This document shows positions 56,072-64,000 of a DNA stretch of 64,000 bases, one piece after another. The stretch is from assembly GCA_946412015.1 (NCBI GenBank), contig CAMKGA010000002.1, positions 6,930-70,929 of the forward strand, read 5' to 3'. The stretch is from an uncultured Bacillales bacterium. GTDB taxonomy: Bacteria; Bacillota_I; Bacilli_A; RF39; UBA660. The position numbers were made by a program, and so were the translations under genes. Every line of letters starts with the position of its first letter. Within the stretch, counting starts at the first letter, position 1. The notes below the pieces were generated by a model. It ran no database searches, was not told the DNA's origin, and was given only the letters and a program-made list of their open reading frames with translations.

Positions 56072-57148
56072 GTGGATAATATATTAGATGTATTAAAAGA
56101 ATTTGAAAAATCAGGGTATGAGGCATATTTTGTAGGAGGTTATCCAAGGGATTTATATATGGGATTATCTACTATAGATTATGATATTACGACAAGTGCA
56201 ACTCCAAAAGAAATAAAAGAAATATTTAATGAAGTTACTAGTGATAATTATGGGTGTGTTAACTTTATTTATAAAAATAATAAGTTTCAAGCTACGACAT
56301 ATAGAAAAGAATTAAAATATAAAGATAATAGAAAACCTATTGAAATAGAATATATTAATGATTTAAAAATAGATTTGATGAGAAGAGATTTTACTATTAA
56401 TACATTATGTTTAGATAGTGATGGAAATTTACATGATTATTTAAATGGAAAAAAAGATATAGATAATAAAATAATAAAAGTAGTAGGGAATACTAATAAA
56501 AAATTACAAGAAGATGCACTTAGAATACTTAGAGCTATTCGTTTTGCGACCACTCTTAATTTTAAACTTTCTAAAGAATTATATGAAGGAATTAAAAAAT
56601 ATGGATATTTAGTTGAAGGATTATCTTATGATAGAAAAAAAGAAGAATTAGATAAAATATTTTTAAGTAATAATATAGATTATGGTATTAAATTAATTAG
56701 AGAACTAGATTTAGAAAGACCACTTGAAATTAATACATATAATTTAAAGAAAACTACTTATTTAGTTGGTATATGGGCTCAATTAAATGCTAAAAATTAT
56801 CGTTTTAATAAGTCTGAGGCTGAGACTATAAAACAAGTAAATAACTTATTAAAATTAGATATATTAGATAAATTAAATCTATATAAATATGGACTTTATA
56901 TATCTAGAATTGCAGCTGAAATAAAAGGAATAGATATTGATAAAATAAATTTAGAGTATAATAATTTAAAAATTAAAGATAGAAATGATATTAAAATTAC
57001 ACCAGTTGAAATATGTGATGTTATAAATGAAGAACCTAGTGCGATATTAAATGATATATTGTGTGATTTAGAAGAAAAAATTATATATGAAAAGTTAGAA
57101 AATGATAAAGATAAAATAATTGAATATTTAAAAAAAGTATATCTATAA
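56072..57148 (+). CDS. cca: CCA-adding enzyme / tRNA nucleotidyltransferase (class II)
   Basis: AYFVGGYPRDLYMG, DYDITT, RRDFTINTL and EDALRILRAIRFAT. GTG start after GAGGTG. Confidence 0.9.
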   Translation: MDNILDVLKEFEKSGYEAYFVGGYPRDLYMGLSTIDYDITTSATPKEIKEIFNEVTSDNYGCVNFIYKNNKFQATTYRKELKYKDNRKPIEIEYINDLKIDLMRRDFTINTLCLDSDGNLHDYLNGKKDIDNKIIKVVGNTNKKLQEDALRILRAIRFATTLNFKLSKELYEGIKKYGYLVEGLSYDRKKEELDKIFLSNNIDYGIKLIRELDLERPLEINTYNLKKTTYLVGIWAQLNAKNYRFNKSEAETIKQVNNLLKLDILDKLNLYKYGLYISRIAAEIKGIDIDKINLEYNNLKIKDRNDIKITPVEICDVINEEPSAILNDILCDLEEKIIYEKLENDKDKIIEYLKKVYL

Positions 57149-57565
57149 ATTTAGAAGATATATAGATAAACTTAATATGGTTGCAAATGTATTCCAAATA
57201 ATATATGGAATTAAATATTTAGATTTTATCTCATTATATAAGTATAATGAACTAATTAATACTATTACAGTATCAACGAATGCAATAAATGGACTTTTTA
57301 AACTAAAGAATAAGAATGTATATATTTGATTAGAGAAATAGTTTATTATTAGACTCTTATAATATATAACACTCTTATTCTTATTATTATAAAGAGCAAT
57401 GGCTATTAGTATATATATTATAGTCCATACTATTGGAAATAATATTTTAGGTGGTGCGAAGAATGGTTTATTAATAGTATCATAAAAAGATGTATCTATT
57501 CTAAATAGTAAACTAGGTAGTATCCATGGCAAGAAATAACCTAAGAATTTTAAGATTTTTTTCAT
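57143..57565 (-). CDS. tspO: TspO/MBR-family tryptophan-rich sensory protein
   Basis: NKPFFAPPKILFPIVWTIIYILIAIALY and five TM segments. Its 3' end overlaps the cca 3' end convergently by 6 nt. Confidence 0.8.
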   Translation of the reverse strand: MKKILKFLGYFLPWILPSLLFRIDTSFYDTINKPFFAPPKILFPIVWTIIYILIAIALYNNKNKSVIYYKSLIINYFSNQIYTFLFFSLKSPFIAFVDTVIVLISSLYLYNEIKSKYLIPYIIWNTFATILSLSIYLLNL

Positions 57566-57622
57566 ATATCCTCCCTTTACATATTTTATGAAATGTATTA
57601 AAATATTATTACGGGTGATTTA

Positions 57623-58789
57623 ATGAATATTGTATTAAATAAATCAGATGAAATTGTTATGCGCCTACTGCACTATTTTATTATTGAACAAAATTATAAT
57701 CCTGTTGTATTACATGGAGCTAAAGATGAAATTTGGCTTGAAAAATCCGATGGAGATTATAAAATAATTAGAATAGTTAGTAATTATATTCATAATAATG
57801 AACAACTTAATTTTGATATATATAGAACTAAACAAATTATAAAGAAAATAAAAAATAAGATGTTTTTATTTAGAGTTCCATCACTAAGTATTTTTGTTAA
57901 TTTAGGTGAAAATGTTGAAGTTGATAAGTTAAATACTGGTAATATTGATATAGCTAATTTAAATAAATTTGAAGATATAAAGAATTATGATTTTATTACT
58001 AAGAATTTTCCAAATATTTTAGAAGTAGAAAAAGACAGTAAAGAAGGTATTGAATTATTTGTTAAATTAACTAATGATATTAATAAGAAAAATAAAGAAG
58101 AAAATGATAAAGCACAAGAAATATTTTCTAAGAAAGTACCTGTAGTTACTTATATACTTTTAGGAATTAATATATTATTATTTTTAATTACCGCATTTGA
58201 TTGTAAGAATATATTTGAAATTAGTACAGGATCTATATATAAATATGGAGGGTTAGTTAATACTGATTACTTAAATGGTATCCTAGATTATTCTAGAGTT
58301 ATTACAAGTGGATTTTTACATGCAGGAATTATTCATTTGGTATTTAATATGTATGCACTTTATGTAATAGGTCCGCAACTTGAAAGTTTCTTTGGTAAAG
58401 TAAAATATTTAATTATCTATTTAGGTAGTATAATATTTGGTAATTTATTATCGCTTTTATTTATTCAAGGTAATTATATTAGCTGTGGTGCAAGTGGTGC
58501 AATATTTGGACTTCTTGGAGCACTATTATATTTTGGATATCATTATAGAGTATATTTATCAGATGTTATAAAATCTCAAATAATACCACTTATAGTAATA
58601 AATTTATTAATAGGTATGTTTATAGCAGGCATTAATATTATAGCCCACGTAGGTGGATTAATTGGAGGATTTTTAGTAGCTAAAGCAGTTGGAGTTAAAT
58701 ACAAGAGTACCTTAAGTGATAAAGTAAATGGAATACTTATGTGTATTGCATTTATGGCATTTTTAATATATATGATATTTTATAAATAG
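57623..58789 (+). CDS. Rhomboid-family intramembrane serine protease with an N-terminal cytoplasmic domain
   Basis: HLVFNMYALY, the catalytic GASGAIFGLLGA and HVGGLIGGF. About 165 soluble residues precede the first TM segment. Confidence 0.9.
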   Translation: MNIVLNKSDEIVMRLLHYFIIEQNYNPVVLHGAKDEIWLEKSDGDYKIIRIVSNYIHNNEQLNFDIYRTKQIIKKIKNKMFLFRVPSLSIFVNLGENVEVDKLNTGNIDIANLNKFEDIKNYDFITKNFPNILEVEKDSKEGIELFVKLTNDINKKNKEENDKAQEIFSKKVPVVTYILLGINILLFLITAFDCKNIFEISTGSIYKYGGLVNTDYLNGILDYSRVITSGFLHAGIIHLVFNMYALYVIGPQLESFFGKVKYLIIYLGSIIFGNLLSLLFIQGNYISCGASGAIFGLLGALLYFGYHYRVYLSDVIKSQIIPLIVINLLIGMFIAGINIIAHVGGLIGGFLVAKAVGVKYKSTLSDKVNGILMCIAFMAFLIYMIFYK

Positions 58790-58805
58790 TGTTAACTAAA
58801 AATAG

Positions 58806-58834
58806 TTGACAGACATAAAAAAATGTAATATAAT
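58806..58834 (+). promoter_or_regulatory. rpsP promoter
   Basis: TTGACA (58806-58811), 17-nt spacer, TATAAT (58829-58834). Confidence 0.75.
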
Positions 58835-58860
58835 AAGTTCAATTAAAAGGAGGTGCTAAT

Positions 58861-59139
58861 ATGGCAGTTAAATTAAGATTAAAAAGAATGGGAGCAAAAA
58901 AGAAACCTTTCTATAGAATAGTTGCAGCAGATTCTAGAAGCCCTAGAGATGGTAAATTTATAGAAGAAGTAGGATATTATGATCCAACTAAGAATCCAGC
59001 TGTTGTTAAGGTTGATAATGAAAAAGCTCTTAAGTGGTTATCAACAGGAGCTATCCCAACTGATACTGTAAGAAATTTATTAAGTAAAGAAGGAATTATG
59101 AAACAATTCCATGAAAGCAAAATGAAGAAAGAAGGCTAA
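58861..59139 (+). CDS. rpsP: 30S ribosomal protein S16
   Basis: [42 protein letters not shown]. Confidence 0.98.
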   Translation: MAVKLRLKRMGAKKKPFYRIVAADSRSPRDGKFIEEVGYYDPTKNPAVVKVDNEKALKWLSTGAIPTDTVRNLLSKEGIMKQFHESKMKKEG

Positions 59140-59141
59140 TT

Positions 59142-59384
59142 ATGGAATTAGTAGAACTTACAGAATATATAGTAAAAAATTTAGTTAAAGATCAAGATTC
59201 AGTTGAGGTAAATATTGCTGAATCTAACAATGTTAAAATTATTCAAGTATTAGTAAGTAGCGAAGATATTTCTTCAGTTATAGGAAAAAGTGGTATAATA
59301 GCTAATGCAGTTCGTACAATTGTACAAGCTAGCAGTTATCATAATAAACTTGGAAAAGTTAGAGTTAACTTTGATACTAAATAG
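59142..59384 (+). CDS. KH-domain RNA-binding protein (YlqC/UPF0109 family)
   Basis: Conserved position after rpsP. VIGKSGIIANAVRTIV (GxxG KH loop). Confidence 0.88.
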   Translation: MELVELTEYIVKNLVKDQDSVEVNIAESNNVKIIQVLVSSEDISSVIGKSGIIANAVRTIVQASSYHNKLGKVRVNFDTK

Positions 59385-59385
59385 T

Positions 59386-59416
59386 AAATTGCAATTTTAT
59401 TTGCAATTTATTTTTT
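59386..59416 (+). terminator. Terminator after rpsP-KH
   Basis: Stem AAATTGCAA/TTGCAATTT (9 bp), loop TTTTAT, then A plus T6. Confidence 0.7.
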
Positions 59417-59499
59417 ATTTAATAAATTTATTTTTGATAAGAAATAGTATAATACTATTTATATAGATTATTTAAATATTTTAGAGGAGACAATAGACT

Positions 59500-60171
59500 A
59501 TGAAAAATAAATATAATTTAACAAGAGAGCAAAATATATTTGTCGCAAAAAGAAACATAGTAGACTATATATGGAAAAGTGCAAATTTAGAAGGAATTGC
59601 TGTTACATATTCCGAAACTCAAGCAATATATGATGGTGAAATTGTAAATGGACTTACTGTTGATAAAATTATAGCTATTAATAATTTAAAATATGCGTGG
59701 TAATTTATATTGGAAAATGATGGAATTGATTACGATTTTAAATCATTGTGTTATATTCATAAATTAACATGTGATAAATTAGTATTAGATCAACATTTAG
59801 GAATGCTAAGATCTACTCCTGTCAATATTGGTGGTACTTCTTGGAAACCGTAATTTCCAATTGAAAGTCAAATAAAAGAAGAATTAGAAAGATTATTACA
59901 TCAAACTGAAAAAACAAAAACAAAAATAGCTATCGAGATTATGCTATGGATCATGAGAAGAAAAATGTTTATAGATGGTAATAAAAGAGTTGGAATGCTT
60001 TTTGCCAACAAAATAATGATAGATAATGGTTGTGGAATTATTACTATTTCTCAAGAAAATTAACCTACCTTTTTTGAAAAACTTATCAATTTTTATGAGT
60101 CTGGAGATAATAGTGATTTAAAAGAATGTATTTATAATACAAGTATTGATGGTATTTATTTGAATAATTAA
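59500..60171 (+). pseudogene. Fic/Doc-family protein gene interrupted by three in-frame TAA codons
   Basis: A single frame reads through 223 codons with TAA at 59701, 59851 and 60061 and the final TAA at 60169. It has a Fic-like N-terminus (ANLEGIAVTYSETQAIYDG) and the core MFIDGNKRVGMLFAN (Doc-type xFxDGNKR) with Lys where the catalytic His is expected. Confidence 0.75.
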
Positions 60172-60380
60172 AAGAATGAAATAAATATTATTATTTCATT
60201 TAACATTTAAGTAAAAATTTGCAACAATAGTTGCTTTTTTTTAATAACTATGTTATGGTCTAATTTCTAACGTTAGTTATATAAAAACTAATAAATATGT
60301 TTCAAATAATGTATGGAAAAAAGCATAATTATTTGTTATTTAAAAAATTGTATGATACAATAAAAAAGTAAGGAGGAATT

Positions 60381-60665
60381 ATGAAACAACAGTATGATTT
60401 TTATAAATATGGTCTAAAAGTAGCGGAAGAAGCATTATTTGATGGTCGTAATGATATAAAAAAATTAGAAAAAGAGATAGAGCAAAGATATGGTGCAAAG
60501 GCTAGAGAACTATTTTGTTTAGGATATAACGTATATTTAAAAGAGGCAAAAGCTGCTACAAAATACGATTTTGAATTTGTAGAATCTGTAGAGCAAGAGG
60601 AATATATTGAAGATAAAATACGAAGGTCTATTAAAGAAGAAAAAGCAAATAAAACTGTACTATAA
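60381..60665 (+). CDS. Hypothetical protein (94 aa)
   Basis: Strong RBS (TAAGGAGGAATT-ATG). A terminator (CTACAC..GTGTAG plus T8) follows. Confidence 0.55.
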   Translation: MKQQYDFYKYGLKVAEEALFDGRNDIKKLEKEIEQRYGAKARELFCLGYNVYLKEAKAATKYDFEFVESVEQEEYIEDKIRRSIKEEKANKTVL

Positions 60666-60961
60666 TTACCAAAAAAAGAAAATTAGAAGTGATTTGAAGA
60701 AAATCTACACAAAATATAAAGCGTGTAGCTTTTTTTTATGGTAAAATTAATATAAAGAGAATATATATGGGATGAGAATATCGACACTTTACTAGAGAAG
60801 ATAAAATTAAAGATGTAAAGATAATATTAATTGAAATAACTGGTCTGATAAAAGAATAGATAGAAAATATTTGACTTTAAGTAAAAAGTACGCAATAAAT
60901 CTTGCGTTTTTTTTGATAGACTTAATATAAAGGTAATATATAAGATAGGAGAAGTGATTAT

Positions 60962-61894
60962 ATGAAGAAAAAAGCATTTACCTTAATAGAATTAATAGCA
61001 TTATTAGTAATACTAGCAATACTAGCGTTAATAGTGACACCGCTTGTTATGAATATAATAAGAAAAGCTAGAATATCTGCAGATAAAAGAAGTATTGATG
61101 CATACGGGAAAAGTATTGAGCTTGCTATAGCATCATATTTAATTGATGAAGGAAAGTTTCCAACAGATATGTCACAGTTATCTATAGAATATACAGGAGA
61201 TGAAGTAGTATGTACTACAACTCAGCTAAATAGTGATTCATCAGTATATCTATCTGGTTGTACAGTTGCAGGAAGAAATGTAGATGGATATACATATGGA
61301 AAAGAAGAAGTAATTACGTATGATGCATATAGTGTAGGAAATGAAGTTACATATAATAATGTAGATTATTATGTAATTAAAGATTCGTCTACTTTTGAAT
61401 CAACTGTAACACTATTAAAAGCAGAACCATTATCATATGAAGAAGTTCAGATTTATTCTGAGGGAACTGGAGCACAAACTTCAAATGAAAATGGTTATGG
61501 TGGAATGAAATATCATTCAGAAAGTAGAGATTATTCAAATTCATATGTAAAAAATACAGTAGATGCATGGGCGTCTGCAAATGTACCAGTGGCAATAGAA
61601 ACAAGATTAATTACTTTTGATGAATTAGTTGATAATTTGGGGTATGAGCAAGACCAAACCGTCGTTACTATGATGAGGCCAAATCAAGCCAATACTCCAA
61701 GTTGGGTATATAATAATCAATATTATTATTATACAATGTCACCTGCAGCAGATAATTTTAGAGAAGATAGTATTATTGTATATTCTGTTAGTAAGTTTGG
61801 TTATCTTATTTATAGCGATAACCCATACGATGGAACTGGTGGTTTTGGAGTTGTCCGTCCAGTTATAGTACTTCCTAAAACAGCACTTAACTAA
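60962..61894 (+). CDS. Prepilin-type N-terminal domain protein, paralogue of 9202..10182 (Ala at the -1 cleavage position)
   Basis: MKKKA/FTLIELIALLVILAILALIVTPLVMNIIRKARISADKRSIDAYG is nearly identical to the first paralogue. The central segment YNNVDYYVIKDS..VTLLKAEPL and the end VRPVIVLPKTAL are shared. The region between them is divergent. Confidence 0.85.
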   Translation: MKKKAFTLIELIALLVILAILALIVTPLVMNIIRKARISADKRSIDAYGKSIELAIASYLIDEGKFPTDMSQLSIEYTGDEVVCTTTQLNSDSSVYLSGCTVAGRNVDGYTYGKEEVITYDAYSVGNEVTYNNVDYYVIKDSSTFESTVTLLKAEPLSYEEVQIYSEGTGAQTSNENGYGGMKYHSESRDYSNSYVKNTVDAWASANVPVAIETRLITFDELVDNLGYEQDQTVVTMMRPNQANTPSWVYNNQYYYYTMSPAADNFREDSIIVYSVSKFGYLIYSDNPYDGTGGFGVVRPVIVLPKTALN

Positions 61895-61903
61895 AAAAAG
61901 CAT

Positions 61904-62164
61904 TTACTGCTTTTTTATTTTGTCATTATGTTTTTTAAAGAATAGATTAATATCAATATTTAGAACATCTGCAATTCTACCTAGTGTTGCAATGCTAAAA
62001 GATTTCTTTCTTTTAACACTTTCTATTTCAGCTATAAAGTCAAGTGATAAATCAGTTTCATCAGCAAGTCTTTGTTGTGTATACTTTTTTTCTAATCGAT
62101 ATTTTCTAATATTATGCCTTGCAATATCATAATAATAACCATCGTCGTGTTTTACTACTGCCAC
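61904..62164 (-). CDS. XRE-family helix-turn-helix transcriptional regulator
   Basis: YRLEKKYTQQRLADETDLSLDFIAEIESVKR is a classic HTH_3. GTG start after TAGGAGG. Confidence 0.85.
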   Translation of the reverse strand: MAVVKHDDGYYYDIARHNIRKYRLEKKYTQQRLADETDLSLDFIAEIESVKRKKSFSIATLGRIADVLNIDINLFFKKHNDKIKKQ

Positions 62165-62186
62165 AAAAGTACCTCCTATATATAAT

Positions 62187-62203
62187 TTACCAATAAATGG
62201 TAA
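62187..62203. promoter_or_regulatory. Inverted repeat TTACCA-N5-TGGTAA in the XRE divergent intergenic region (candidate operator)
   Basis: Perfect 6-bp arms, read directly at 62187-62192 and 62198-62203. Confidence 0.35.
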
Positions 62204-62284
62204 TAATATTTTATGGGCTTATAGCACTATACAAATTAATAATAATAGTATATAATACTTATTAATTAATTAGTGGGTGATTTT

Positions 62285-62470
62285 ATGTTAAGTATTATTT
62301 GTAAGAAATTTAATTATATTGAAAAAGAAAAAAGAAAATTAGATATTAAGTATTTAAATAAAAAGATTATAAGTAAAAAAGAAAAAGAAATATTAAATAA
62401 ATATGATGATGAATATTTAAAAGAATTATTAAAAATAGAAGATATGATTAATGATTATAACAAAGAATAA
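62285..62470 (+). CDS. Hypothetical small Lys-rich protein (61 aa)
   Basis: ATG 62285 follows GGGTGA. Divergent from the XRE gene. The coding status is uncertain. Confidence 0.4.
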   Translation: MLSIICKKFNYIEKEKRKLDIKYLNKKIISKKEKEILNKYDDEYLKELLKIEDMINDYNKE

Positions 62471-62519
62471 TCTATGATTGTTCTTTTATTTTTGATATAA
62501 TTAATGAGTAGGTGATTAT

Positions 62520-63989
62520 ATGAATTTATCAAAATCAAAGTATTGTAATGGAATACAGTGTAAAAAAATGTTATGGTTAGATAAGTATAAGAGTGATGTT
62601 AAAGAAGATGTTGATAATTCTTCTATTATGGATAATGGTAATGATGTACATGAAGTAGCACGTAAATTATTTGGTGATGATATAAATATTCAATTTAATG
62701 AGAATTTAAATGTTATGATTGAGGATACTAAAGAAGCTTTAAAATGTGATAAAGTAGTAATTACAGAAGCATCTTTTGCCTACAAAAATAATTTTTGTAG
62801 TGTTGATATTTTGGTTAAAGATGGTAATTTTTATGATATATATGAGGTGAAAAGTTCTACACATTTAAAGGATGTATTTAAAACAGATTTATCGTATCAA
62901 GTATATGTATTAACTAAATTAGGATATAATGTTAGAAAGAGTTTTGTAGTTATTATTAATAGTAATTATGAATATCACGATCATTTAGAATTAGATAAAT
63001 TATTTATAAAAATTGATTTAACTGAAGAGATGATAGATAAACAAAAATATATAGAAGATAATATTAAAGGTATTAATGATTATGTAGATGATAGTAAAGA
63101 GAAGGAAAGTGTAATTAGTATTAATTGTTTTGAACCATATAAGTGTCCATATTTTAAATATTGTACTAGTAGTATAGATAAACCCAATGTATTTGATATT
63201 AGATCATTATCAAATAAAAAAAAGATAGAACTATATAATAATGGTTTTAAAAATTATAAAGAATTATTAAAATCTAATATAAATGATAAATATAAAATGC
63301 AGATAGAATATGATTTAAATAATAAACAAGATTATATAGATAAAAATAAAATTAAAGAATTTTTAGATACACTTTCATACCCATTATATTTTTTAGATTT
63401 TGAAACTTTTCAAATGTCTATTCCAAAATATGAAGGTGTAAAACCATATATGCAAGTACCTTTTCAATACTCACTACATTATTATGATAAAAATGGAGTA
63501 TTAAAGCATAAGGAATTTTTAGGTGATTCTAATACTGATCCTAGAAGATCTTTAGCTGAAAGATTAGTTAAAGATATAAAAAAAGATACATGCATTTTAG
63601 CTTACAACATGTCATTTGAAAAAAATGTTATTAAGAATTTAGCTAGTTTATATCCTGATTTAAAAGATGATTTAGATAATATTTATAATAATATAAAAGA
63701 TTTAATGATTCCTTTTAAAAATAGATATTATTATAATAAAGATATGCATGGATCATATTCAATAAAATATGTATTGCCAGCACTTTTTAAAGATGATCCT
63801 ACTCTTGATTATCATAATCTTGATTTAGTACATAACGGGAGTGAAGCTATGAATATATTTGCTAATTTAAGTAGTTATAGTGCTGATGAACAAGAAAAAA
63901 TTAGAAAAAGTTTGCTTGAATATTGTTGTCTTGATACATATGCAATGGTAAAAATATATGATTATTTGAATGATATAGTAAAGGAGTAA
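62520..63989 (+). CDS. DUF2779-family protein (PD-(D/E)xK nuclease-like N-terminal half, DEDD/RNase-H-like C-terminal half)
   Basis: The N-terminal LSKSKYCNGIQCKKMLWL is the DUF2779 hallmark. SVDILVK....YDIYEVKSS is a D...ExK motif. There is a Cys cluster CFEPYKCPYFKYC, and YFLDFETF is DxE exonuclease motif I-like. Confidence 0.75.
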   Translation: MNLSKSKYCNGIQCKKMLWLDKYKSDVKEDVDNSSIMDNGNDVHEVARKLFGDDINIQFNENLNVMIEDTKEALKCDKVVITEASFAYKNNFCSVDILVKDGNFYDIYEVKSSTHLKDVFKTDLSYQVYVLTKLGYNVRKSFVVIINSNYEYHDHLELDKLFIKIDLTEEMIDKQKYIEDNIKGINDYVDDSKEKESVISINCFEPYKCPYFKYCTSSIDKPNVFDIRSLSNKKKIELYNNGFKNYKELLKSNINDKYKMQIEYDLNNKQDYIDKNKIKEFLDTLSYPLYFLDFETFQMSIPKYEGVKPYMQVPFQYSLHYYDKNGVLKHKEFLGDSNTDPRRSLAERLVKDIKKDTCILAYNMSFEKNVIKNLASLYPDLKDDLDNIYNNIKDLMIPFKNRYYYNKDMHGSYSIKYVLPALFKDDPTLDYHNLDLVHNGSEAMNIFANLSSYSADEQEKIRKSLLEYCCLDTYAMVKIYDYLNDIVKE

Positions 63990-64000
63990 ATATGATAAAA

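Noticed and set aside
59701-60063. Possibility that the three in-frame TAA codons in the Fic/Doc gene reflect stop-codon reassignment or programmed readthrough.
   Set aside because: TAA is the normal terminator of most genes in this window. The catalytic His of the Fic/Doc motif is also replaced by Lys, so simple pseudogenisation is the economical explanation.
1-64000. An alternative genetic code (TGA read as Trp, Mollicutes-like), considered because of the extreme AT-richness.
   Set aside because: TGA clearly terminates several well-defined ORFs, with stops at 7823-7825, 11235-11237, 27669-27671 and 28175-28177. Conserved Trp positions in valS, recA and HtpG are TGG.
63992-64000. ATG at 63992, the start of a further gene after DUF2779.
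   Set aside because: Only 9 nt are visible, so it cannot be evaluated.

Overview
Very AT-rich (about one-quarter G+C by eye) chromosomal segment from an anaerobic, endospore-forming low-GC Firmicute (Bacillota). The genetic code is standard 11: TGA is used as a stop and Trp is TGG. Most genes are plus-strand housekeeping genes: htpG (5'-truncated by the window edge), asnB, dipicolinate synthase dpaA/dpaB, recA, a STAS/sigma-F-like pair, tRNA-Ser(GCU), lysS, ackA, an RpoD-like sigma, a Crp/Fnr regulator divergent from nrdD-nrdG-dut, PFOR (nifJ), tex, rnc, a YebC-family protein, a Fur-family regulator, a T-box-controlled operon ending in valS, hup, cca, tspO, a rhomboid protease, and rpsP plus a KH protein. 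Many genes have near-consensus TTGACA/TTGCAA-N16-17-TATAAT promoters and hairpin+T-run terminators. The accessory or unusual material is: (1) a frameshifted ISLre2/UPF0236-type IS flanked by an 11-bp direct repeat, next to a signal-less GxSxG lipase-like protein followed by a lipoprotein, a small DUF1292-like ORF and a DUF4176-like ORF, which looks like a toxin/immunity island. (2) A self-contained two-gene cassette between valS and hup, whose first protein embeds a RelE/ParE-like fold and is overlapped by a 630-aa helical-repeat protein. (3) Three prepilin-type paralogues with no assembly genes in view; two of them share their promoter/leader and N-terminus but differ in the C-terminal part, and one has a T19 tract at its promoter. 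(4) A DUF1848 (C-terminal CX3CX2C) gene flanked by orphan genes, including a 1022-aa protein. (5) A STAS/sigma pair with no anti-sigma kinase, in which the phospho-acceptor Ser is replaced by Cys. (6) An island after rpsP-KH holding a Fic/Doc pseudogene with three in-frame TAA stops, a pilin paralogue, an XRE regulator and a DUF2779 nuclease-like protein. No CRISPR array, rRNA or phage structural genes were seen. All family assignments come from motif recognition by eye; no database search was run.
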